In this document: in pieces, positions 54,077 through 64,000 of the stretch
How the letters are laid out: every line of letters begins with the position of its first letter
Numbering within the stretch: position 1 is the first letter of the stretch
Source: Eledone cirrhosa
Lineage: Eukaryota
Assembly (NCBI GenBank): GCA_964016885.1
Contig: OZ024758.1
Location: 29,140,001 to 29,204,000, forward strand
Reading direction: 5' to 3'
Length of the DNA stretch: 64,000 nt
Notes under the pieces: model-generated
The model's input: only the letters and a program-made list of their open reading frames with translations
What the model was told of the DNA's origin: nothing
Databases searched by the model: none
Position numbers and translations under genes: made by a program

Positions 54077-54380
54077 ATTTGAATATCCTTAATTTTCGAG
54101 ATAATATCTCTTCTTCAGAGGGAAGTAAAGGGGTTAATTAAATATATATCTATCTATCTAAGGCGGGTAAAATTCCCGAGATCCATGGACGAGTTCTCTC
54201 CAGCGGTCTCTGTCCCTCATTATCGCTGCCATATCCTGCATCTCCAACAGACCAGTGTCTGTCCTTAGGGCATCAACATATGTTAACCTTGGTCTTCCTC
54301 TTCTAATTAGAACACTGGATTAACCCCTTTACTTCCCTCTGAAGAAGAGATATTATCTCGAAAATTAAGGATATTCAAAT
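54077..54380. repeat. Perfect 62-bp inverted repeat enclosing an RTE 3' fragment (54160-54305, minus strand)
   Basis: 54077-54138 is the reverse complement of 54319-54380. The spacer encodes RGRPRLTYVDALRTDTGLLEMQDMAAIMRDRDRWRELV on the minus strand. Confidence 0.88.
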
Positions 54381-54499
54381 AAATTTAAGGTAAAAGACTA
54401 ATTGTCAGCGATACCTTTTGCATTTGTATTTATATTCTATATCCATAGCTGCATCGTTCTGGCATTCTAACTTTAAACGTTTATATATATATTTATATA

Positions 54500-54777
54500 T
54501 TTAAATAAATTTGAAAACCAAAACAATGCATTAGTAAGAATATCAAATTGCCAAGATAACAAAAGAATCTTAACTTAGCAAATTTTAACAATCCCAAATA
54601 TTTTTTTGTTTAAAAACCCATTATCAAGTCTTTCGTAGGGTCACTACCTTGATAATGGGTTTTTAAACCCGAAAATATTTGGGATTGTTAAAATTTGCTA
54701 AGTTAAGATTCTTTTGTTATCTTGGTGATTTAACATTCTTACTAACGCATTGTTTTGGTTTTCAAAATTATTTAAAT
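54500..54777. repeat. Foldback with ~130-bp arms and ~19-nt loop
   Basis: gataacaaaagaatcttaacttagcaaattttaacaatcccaaata...aaaaacccattatcaag vs cttgataatgggtttttaaa...tatttgggattgttaaaatttgctaagttaagattcttttgttatc. Confidence 0.9.
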
Positions 54778-55061
54778 TTGTGTTTCCTATTCAACAATGC
54801 TTCAAACAAGCTATAAAACTCTGTTATATTCACTTGCTCATCTTTGTGTTCTCATTTCAATTGTTGATAAATCTGCCCAAGTAAAGTTCCCAATCCTTAA
54901 ACATCTGGAAATGTATGATATTCTTAAACAGGCAATCCAAGATGACATGACCCCTATGATAGTATTCACTTATGTCTCCAATATACTAGAAACCTACAAT
55001 TCCTCCCTAGTAGCAATCTCTTAAGCCAAAAACTACCCTGTGGTGAATTTGAGTGTGTGAG

Positions 55062-55120
55062 CCCTATCCCTAACCCTAACCCTAACCCTAACCCTAACCC
55101 TATCCCTAACCCTATCCCTA
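55062..55120. repeat. Short interstitial telomere-like repeat (CCCTAA/CCCTAT)10
   Basis: ccctatccctaaccctaaccctaaccctaaccctaaccctatccctaaccctatcccta. Confidence 0.85.
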
Positions 55121-55707
55121 TGGCCTTTGGTTTTGTTTTAAACAAAACTAAAACCACAGATTAAATACTGCCTATTAATTTATAGTTTCAGTTATACTGC
55201 TGCAGAAAGTTGTTATAATGAGAGATTAATGCTGTTTATCATGTGGCTAAAGCTTTGGTAAATTTATTTCATATGCCACCACCATAAATAAAACTTAAGG
55301 GTCAGTTCACCTCGTGGTCCCAGTAGACAGTATGGAGAAGACATTGCCCTGGGGGATTGTGAGGGAGAACAGCCACTCTGCCTCGTAAAACTCACACTTG
55401 CAGGTTGCCAGTAAGTAAAGATGTGGTCCAGGGGCCAAGAAGACCAGAAGTCTTCATTGCCACAGACTACCACAAACCTATCAGAGAGTGGCCGGTATTT
55501 GGACAGTTTGCCCTCTTTGGCCTGTGTGAACATGACCCAATGGATCAAGGTGGTCTAGTTTATTATAAATTTCCAGTTGGCTGGTTGGTTCAGTAACTGG
55601 AAGGTTGTTTATATATTGTCAAAGCTCTTTCGTCACACATTCTGTGACCTCCTCAGTGACTAGGTTTTTATTTTGTGTGTCTTTCCTTTTTGTGTGTTGT
55701 GTGTTTA

Positions 55708-56040
55708 GGCACATGGCTTAGTGGTTAGAGCATTGGCCTTGCAATGGAAAGATTGTGAGTTCAATTCTCAGACCGGGTGATGTGTTGTTTCCTTGAGCAA
55801 GACACTTTATTTCACATTGCTCCAGTTTACTCAGCTGTAGAAATGAGATGATAGGGACTGGGGTCCCTATCATTCCACTGCAAAGTGGTCGTGGAGGTGC
55901 CACGGCAAAAAAGCACCCAGCACTCACTGTAAATGAGGTTGGTGTTAGGAAGGGCATCCAGCTGTAGAAATCAAGCCAGAATCAGTTCCCATCCCACCCT
56001 TGCAAGCAGGGAAAAGCGGACGTAAAATGATGATGATGAT
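55708..56040 (+). mobile_element. SINE family B copy
   Basis: tRNA-like head, ccttgagcaagacacttt core, ggttggtgttaggaagggcatccagctgtagaaa segment and RTE-like tail ending in (gat)n. Confidence 0.85.
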
Positions 56041-56519
56041 GTGTTACATCCAGGTGTGTGTGTTTTTTTATTTATTTATTTATGTGTTTATTTACTTGTC
56101 ACTAGTTGTTTGTTTGTTCTATCTGTGTGTGTCTGATTTGTTTTGTTAGTTTAGTTTTGTGTCTCTGCATATCTTCATTTTGTCCTTAAATACTAGTTGT
56201 GATGTTGCTATTCCACTCATGTTTTCTGTTTAATTTTGGTTGGAGTTCCTTTATATTTGTTGCCTCTGTGATTTGCCTGAGCATTGCATCTTTTCTGTGT
56301 GTGGATATAATTTTTATCTCTGTTCTCTAATGTGTCCCAATGTTCTATTTTGGCATTTTGGTGGAGTACTGATGAGTTTTTCCTATCCTGGAGTTCTCGC
56401 CAGTGTTCACTTATCCTTTCTCCCATGCTACGGGTTGTTTCACCTATGTATGTTATATTCTTATAACAGTCCCTCAGTACATCTTATGCTATATACTACG
56501 TCCCTAGTTTTGCAGTTAT

Positions 56520-56875
56520 CATTATGGCCCTTTACATTGAGTACTAATCCAATCATGGTTAGCTTTACTTTTCATCTCACAAGGTTGATAAAATAAAGTA
56601 CCAGTAATGCACTGGGTTCCAATTGATTGACTTTCCCCTCCCCCAAAATTGCTGGCCTTGTGCCTAAATCAGACATCATTATTATTATTATGTACAGGGC
56701 GGTGGATTGGCAGTATCGGTAGAGGCTTTGACGTATAGAGTTACGGCCCTTGCCATTCTGAGTTCAAATCCCGTCGAGGTTGACTTTGCCTTTCATCCTT
56801 ACGGGGTAGATAAAATAAAGTACCAGTAATGCACTGGGTAATTGCTGGCCTTGTGCCCAAAGTAGAAACAATTAT
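56520..56875 (+). mobile_element. Two tandem SINE family A copies (partial 56520-56680; 56698-56875)
   Basis: Both carry the gataaaataaagtaccagtaatgcactggg core and the ggccttgtgcc tail. Confidence 0.82.
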
Positions 56876-57110
56876 TTCTTTACATATAATTTTTTTCATA
56901 TTTTTCATAACTTTTCTCCTAAAGACATCTCATATTATCCTGTCACAAGCGGCACCTATATCCTTAATCTTTACCATATATATTATAACAAATAATTTGT
57001 TGCAACAAAAAATTCTTTATAACGAGATCGACCTAACACATCAAGTGTTTGTTAGCTCGGGATTGAAACACATTTATTACACTGAAAAATTTGTTATAAT
57101 GGTATTTTAC

Positions 57111-57778
57111 CTGTACTATACTATAGCTCACTACACTATACTATACTATACTATAGCTCACTATACTATACTATAGCTCACTACACTATACTATACTATA
57201 GCTCACTATACTATACTATACTATACTATAGCTCACTATACTATACTATACTATACCATACTATAGCTCACTATACTATACTATACTATAGCTCACTACA
57301 CTACGCTATACTATACTAGAGCTCACTACACTATACTATACTATAGCTCACTACACTATACTATAGCTCACTATACTATAGCTCACTACACTATACTATA
57401 GCTCACTATACTATACTATACTACACTACACTACACTACAGTAGACTATACTATACTACACTGTACTATACTATGCTATGCTATACTATACTGCAATGTA
57501 CTATACTATACTATACTATACTATACTATACTATACTATACTATACTACACTACACTACACTACACTACACTACACTACACTACACTACACTACACTATA
57601 CTATACTATACTATACTACACTATACTATACTACACTATACCATACCATACTATACTATACTATACTATACTATACTATACTACACTACACTACACTACA
57701 CTACACTACACTATACTATACTACACTATACCATACCATACCATACTATACTATACTATACTATACTATACTATACTA
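57111..57778. repeat. Pentanucleotide microsatellite (CTATA/CTACA/CCATA)n with GCTCA interruptions
   Basis: Seen directly; source of the YYTIL ORFs. Confidence 0.95.
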
Positions 57779-57987
57779 AATAAATATATATGTATAAATT
57801 TGCAGTTTTTAAGCATAGTGTATCAGATATCAAATGTACAGCTTCACTTATCTATCTGATGCTGAGAGCAGCAGACACTATGAGACTATAGACAGTGTAA
57901 CATAAACATAGTTTGTTATTTCTTATTGCAGCAAACTTATGTACAGCTTACACTTAGATATACAAAGAAATATGAATTTGAGTTTAA

Positions 57988-58170
57988 CCCTTTACCATTT
58001 ACATTACTCTATATTTACTATTGTATTTTCATGGTAAAGGCTTTTACCTCACATAATATCGAATTTATGAGATTTGGATATTATTTATGTTGAGAACAGT
58101 ACCTTAACATCAGTATGAGCGACCGATTAGAGAATTCTGGCCAGATACGGCCAGTTTAAATGCTGAAATG
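57988..58170 (-). mobile_element. piggyBac-like MITE copy
   Basis: ttaa|ccctttaccattt...aaatgctgaaatg|ttaa; body matches 49825-50012. Confidence 0.68.
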
Positions 58171-58634
58171 TTAAAATGAGATGTATTTCTTTGATTTATA
58201 TAACTGATATTAATACAGGTAAAATTCCATTATAACGAATTTTTCAGTATAACAAAATTTTTTTCAACCCCCGAAGTAATAACAAACAAACACTTAATTT
58301 GTTTCAGTCGATCTCGTTATAAAGAATTTTTCGTTACAACAAATTTTTTTTATACCCTGTGAATTTCACTGTATAAATTATTTGGTAGAATAGAATCCCT
58401 GAAAATAGTAGTAAGTCCTAATTAGGAACACAGGCAAAGATTTCCAGTGATTGATTGGTTAGAGAATTGAATTTAGAAAGGTGAGGTTGTGAGTTTGATT
58501 CTCAGACTGGGCAACATGTTGTCCTTGAGCAAGACATTTTATTTCACATTGCTTTTTCTGCCAGGATTTGTGACAGGTAGATCAGCAATGGAAAGACTAA
58601 TGGAAACATTTGACAAGTTCCACTCTACTCTTTA

Positions 58635-58848
58635 AGTGAATGAGGAAATCCCAGTGGAAAGAAGCCACAGTAGAGGACAACCAATTAAGACCTGGGCAGA
58701 GGTGGGGAGAGCTGACCTCAAATCACTGAGACTGGCAGAGGAGATGACGAAGGAACATGACACATGGAGAGATGCTGTGCTGAGAAGGAGCCATCCAACC
58801 CATGCAAGCAGGGAAAAGTGGGAGTAAAAATGATGGTGATGATAATGA
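58635..58848 (+). mobile_element. RTE-clade LINE 3' fragment
   Basis: ORF 58636..58827 RGQPIKTWAEVGRADLKSLRLAEEMTKEHDTWRDAV with a (gat)n-like tail. Confidence 0.78.
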
Positions 58849-58892
58849 CATATATATATATAGAAAGAGAAAGCTATATATATAGTTATATA

Positions 58893-60122
58893 CAGGGTGT
58901 AACAGGTAAATTGGGACAAGTTACAAATGGATATATTTCTAATTGTATAGATTTTGTTGGAGTCTAAATATTACCACCTTAAGTAATCACTTATTCATAA
59001 TTTGTTCAATCTGAAATACAAAATATGTTAATAAAGAAGTAAACCGTAGAAGTGTAATTGCTGAATTATTCCACACCAGCAAAAGTGCTGGGGAGATTGT
59101 TAGAGCCACAAAGTATGTTAAATCTACTGTTTTTTAGAGTTGTAACTAATTTGAAGAACAGTCAGGATGTTCATAGAAAGTCTCACAGTCCTCGCAGTGA
59201 CTGAAACTGCACACACCACTTCTTAGCAGGATTTACAAGATCAATTGAGTCAAACCCATCAAAATCGATGGCAAAGTTGGCTCAATATCAAAGAATCAGT
59301 AAAATGGCCATTTCTAGTACTGTGAGACAAGACTTCCATATGAAATCATAAGTGAGGGGACACCGTAACATCCTAACTACCCACTCCAAAGTCATTCAAA
59401 CTGAAAGAAGTCTCAAACTTCTTAGCCATCTGAAACATTGTGGCAGAGAGATCCGTATCTTTGTGAATGAAAAGGAAGTTTGTAGTAGACGAAGTTGCAA
59501 ACCATCAAAACTCACGACTAATAGCATATGACCCTTACCAAGTTCCTTCAGCTATGGATAGCAAGAATCCAGCTTCTGTTATGGTCTTTGGAGCTGTTGC
59601 AAGTGATGGGAAATTGATGTCTCCTCATATTATTGAAGCAGGTCTTAAAATCAACACAGCAGAATATCTCAAAATCTTAGAAGAAATTTTGTTGCCTTGG
59701 ATTAAGAAGCATTATGATGCAAGTCGAGTGATGTTTGTACAGGATTCCACATCCACCCATTCTTTGAAAAGAGTGCAAGAATTTTTTTGAAGAAGGAATT
59801 GCCCATGTTGGTCCCTAAAGATATCTGGCCCTCTAGTTCACCAGATTTGAATCTGTGATTTTCAGCTATGGGGCCCAGTTGAAGCAATATCCAACACAAC
59901 TTCTCACAACTTTGTGTCTTCACTGAAGGCTTCTATCAAGCGAGCATTCGGCAAAATGAAAAAGGAAGAAATAGTTAAGGCATGCTCATCATTTCGTAAA
60001 TGGATTGAACTGGTAAAGAAAGCAAATGGTGGTCACATAAAATTTGCAGTGTTTGATTTTTCTGAGTTATACCAATTATAATAAAGATATTTAAATGGTC
60101 CTACTTTTCCTGTTACACCCTG
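58893..60122 (+). mobile_element. Tc1/mariner DNA transposon, maT (DD37D)-like, full length but pseudogenised
   Basis: TIRs CAGGGTGTAACAGGtAAAtTgGGAC and GTCCtActTTTcCTGTTACACCCTG, with TA on the left. Transposase motifs N.QN.R, VMVFGAVASDGK, FVQDS..H and WPSSSPDLN; stops and frameshifts present. Repairing the frame gives 37 residues between the second and third D. Confidence 0.88.
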
Positions 60123-60834
60123 CTGGCTTTGGTTAAAGTGTTGTACATTTTGATTGGTGTGGGGGAAAAAATAATGAATTGATATAGATCAACAAAGAAA
60201 CTAAACTGCTAATTTGTATATTTTTATTTGTACTATGGAATGCAACAAAATCATGTAGCAAAATATAACACAACCAGAATACATAAAAAGAATTGATATA
60301 ACAGTGTTTGGTCAGTATGTTATTAAATGTGGTGTTCATAGATAAGAGTATTTTGTTGTGATGTGTTAGAATTTCTGAGATGCTGGTTGAGACAAGATAT
60401 CACCTTGATTCATAGTAAATTTACTAACTTCAGAACTCTGGCCCAGCTGTAGCTGTGCCTTAATGACCAGCAACTGCTACAACCAGGTGTTGGCTGTTAA
60501 CTGTGTCAAAGACCAGCAGAGTGAGAGAAAGGGTCTTGCTTATTATATCTCTAGGTTTCACAATAGCTATTTCTCGTGATATGTTATAGCTATTTTGGTT
60601 CACATTTTACACCCATAGATTTGCATATGATAATTTCCTTGCATGTATCCATGGTCCCATAACTCCCGAAGGAGTTGTAGGGACACCATATTGTCATACA
60701 GTGTTTCTAGGGTATTTTTAAACCTGGCAGAGCCCATCTCCTCTCCAGGTCTGAATACAGCAGATTTCTTCAAGAGAAGGATAGAGAGAGCGAAAGAAAG
60801 GAAGTGATAAGGAGATATAGAGGAAGAATCAACC

Positions 60835-60915
60835 CTAGTACTACACTGGTACTTTTTTTTATTGACCTTGAATGAATGAAAGGCAAAGTTGACTCAGTGG
60901 GATTTGAACTCAGAG
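60835..60915 (-). mobile_element. Partial SINE family A copy
   Basis: ctggtact...gaatgaaaggcaaagttgactcagtgggatttgaactcag. Confidence 0.7.
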
Positions 60916-61634
60916 GGTAGAGATCCAAAACGAATACCACAAACCATCTATCCAACGTATATATCCCTGCATAAATAAAAGAAATTCTTTGTTTCACAAC
61001 CATTCATTCCTGGGTTTGATACCACTGTGTAGCAACTGGGATTTTGTTGACCCATGCCTTGTGAGTGAAATTGGGTAGGCAGAGACTGGTTTGTAAGTTC
61101 ATCAGATGAACTTCCAAAACAGTCATACTGAATGTTCCAGTGAATTACATTAATACTACACATATGGAATGCTCAGCCACTTGCATATTAATTTCCTGAC
61201 ATTCATTGCCAAAAAATATGGAATTAATACAGTGCTCAAGTAAACATTGATTTTTTAAGAAATCAATGTACTTGGGATCAAATTTGGTAAAGGCTAAAAT
61301 GGTGGTGTGTCGGTAAAGGGAATTTATTAATTGAAATAACTACAACAAAGAATAGAAACTTGTTGCCCCATCAGTTTGTTAATGTCTTACCTCTACATAG
61401 AATTTGATTAGCTAAGATTTCTGAAATTTTTTTATAATTTAAAACAGATTTATAAATTTCCCTTCAATCAAGAAAACATCCATTAATGTTTTCGACACTA
61501 AAAAAAATTATTCACTTAAATTGTAAACAATTTAAAATCGGTAACTAAACAAAGACAATAAATATGGAGGTATTTTTATAGCAATTATTTCGAACATAAA
61601 GTCAAGTTTCAACTAAGAAGAATTGTTCCCACTT

Positions 61635-64000
61635 TCTACTGTACTGTACAAGCTCCCTATTTCCTCATTCTGTCTACTGTACTGTACATGCTCCCTATTT
61701 CCTCATTCTGTCTACTGTACTGTACAAGCTCCCTATTTCCTCATTCTGTCTACTGTACTGTACAAGCTCCCTATTTCCTCATTCTGTCTACTGTACTGTA
61801 CAAGCTCCCTATTTCCCCATTCTGTCTACTGTACTGTACAAGCTCCCTATTTCCTCATTCTGTTTACTGTACTGTACAAGCTCCCTATTTCCTCATTCTG
61901 TCTACTGTACTGTACAAGCTCCCTATTTCCTCATTCTGTCTACTGTACTGTACAAGCTCCCTATTTCCTCATTCTGTCTACTGTACTGTACAAGCTCCCT
62001 ATTTCCTCATTCTGTCTACTGTACTGTACATGCTCCCTATTTCCTCATTGTCTACTGTACTGTACAAGCTCCCTATTTCCTCATTCTGTCTACTGTACTG
62101 TACAAGCTCCCTATTTCCTCATTCTGTCTACTGTACTGTACAAGCTCCCTATTTCCCCATTCTGTCTACTGTACTGTACAAGCTCCCTATTTCCTCATTC
62201 TGTCTACTGTACTGTACAAGCTCCCTATTTCCTCATTCTGTCTACTGTACTGTACAAGCTCCCTATTTCCCCATTCTGTCTACTGTACTGTACAAGCTCC
62301 CTATTTCCTCATTCTGTCTACTGTACTGTACAAGCTCCCTATTTCCTCATTCTGTCTACTGTACTGTACAAGCTCCCTATTTCCTCATTCTGTCTACTGT
62401 ACTGTACAAGCTCCCTATTTCCCCATTCTGTCTACTGTACTGTACAAGCTCCCTATTTCCTCATTCTGTCTACTGTACTGTACAAGCTCCCTATTTCCTC
62501 ATTCTGTCTACTGTACTGTACAAGCTCCCTATTTCCCCATTCTGTCTACTGTACTGTACAAGCTCCCTATTTCCTCATTCTGTCTACTGTACTGTACAAG
62601 CTCCCTATTTCCTCATTCTGTCTACTGTACTGTACAAGCTCCCTATTTCCTCATTCTGTCTACTGTACTGTACAAGCTCCCTATTTCCTCATTCTGTCTA
62701 CTGTACTGTACAAGCTCCCTATTTCCCCATTCTGTCTACTGTACTGTACAAGCTCCCTATTTCCTCATTCTGTCTACTGTACTGTACAAGCTCCCTATTT
62801 CCTCATTCTGTCTACTGTACTGTACAAGCTCCCTATTTCCTCATTCTGTCTACTGTACTGTACATGCTCCCTATTTCCTCATTCTGTCTACTGTACTGTA
62901 CAAGCTCCCTATTTCCTCATTCTGTCTACTGTACTGTACAAGCTCCCTATTTCCTCATTCTGTCTACTGTACTGTACAAGCTCCCTATTTCCCCATTCTG
63001 TCTACTGTACTGTACAAGCTCCCTATTTCCTCATTCTGTTTACTGTACTGTACAAGCTCCCTATTTCCTCATTCTGTCTACTGTACTGTACAAGCTCCCT
63101 ATTTCCTCATTCTGTCTACTGTACTGTACAAGCTCCCTATTTCCTCATTCTGTCTACTGTACTGTACAAGCTCCCTATTTCCTCATTCTGTCTACTGTAC
63201 TGTACAAGCTCCCTATTTCCTCATTCTGTCTACTGTACTGTACAAGCTCCCTATTTCCCCATTCTGTCTACTGTACTGTACAAGCTCCCTATTTCCTCAT
63301 TCTGTCTACTGTACTGTACAAGCTCCCTATTTCCTCATTCTGTCTACTGTACTGTACAAGCTCCCTATTTCCCCATTCTGTCTACTGTACTGTACAAGCT
63401 CCCTATTTCCTCATTCTGTCTACTGTACTGTACAAGCTCCCTATTTCCTCATTCTGTCTACTGTACTGTACAAGCTCCCTATTTCCCCATTCTGTCTACT
63501 GTACTGTACAAGCTCCCTATTTCCTCATTCTGTCTACTGTACTGTACAAGCTCCCTATTTCCCCATTCTGTCTACTGTACTGTACAAGCTCCCTATTTCC
63601 TCATTCTGTCTACTGTACTGTACAAGCTCCCTATTTCCTCATTCTGTCTACTGTACTGTACAAGCTCCCTATTTCCTCATTCTGTCTACTGTACTGTACA
63701 AGCTCCCTATTTCCCCATTCTGTCTACTGTACTGTACAAGCTCCCTATTTCCTCATTCTGTCTACTGTACTGTACAAGCTCCCTATTTCCCCATTCTGTC
63801 TACTGTACTGTACAAGCTCCCTATTTCCTCATTCTGTCTACTGTACTGTACAAGCTCCCTATTTCCTCATTCTGTCTACTGTACTGTACAAGCTCCCTAT
63901 TTCCCCATTCTGTCTACTGTACTGTACAAGCTCCCTATTTCCTCATTCTGTCTACTGTACTGTACAAGCTCCCTATTTCCTCATTCTGTCTACTGTACTG
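61635..64000. repeat. 38-bp satellite/minisatellite, at least 62 copies, runs off the window end
   Basis: Unit TCTACTGTACTGTACAAGCTCCCTATTTCCTCATTCTG; main variant CCCCATT. Confidence 0.99.

Noticed and set aside
57473-57859. Tyr/Thr-rich ORFs, and YIYI ORFs at 48932-49362
   Set aside because: Translations of microsatellites.

Overview
AT-rich eukaryotic (animal) genomic DNA, not prokaryotic; the SINE families resemble those of octopod cephalopods (tentative). The window holds the 3' end of a septin-7 (SEPT7/peanut-class) gene on the + strand. Its exons at 94-229, 2504-2649 and 45713-45746 splice in frame to ...[104 protein letters not shown]. The last intron is about 43 kb and contains a ~25.5 kb 48-bp satellite. 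The rest is tRNA-derived SINEs, RTE and CR1/L2-like LINE debris, piggyBac-like MITEs, a decayed maT (DD37D) transposon, foldback elements with hammerhead-like cores, microsatellites and a 38-bp satellite. Nearly all ORF-track entries are repeat artefacts. Two candidates stand out, both unverified without RNA data. (1) A 68-bp tandem array copies the exon end and 5' splice site, creating 15 identical AG/GT-bounded, in-frame 30-nt pseudo-microexons. (2) Several phase-compatible candidate exons in the last intron would swap the septin C-terminal tail for basic, amphipathic, di-cysteine or transmembrane-like tails.
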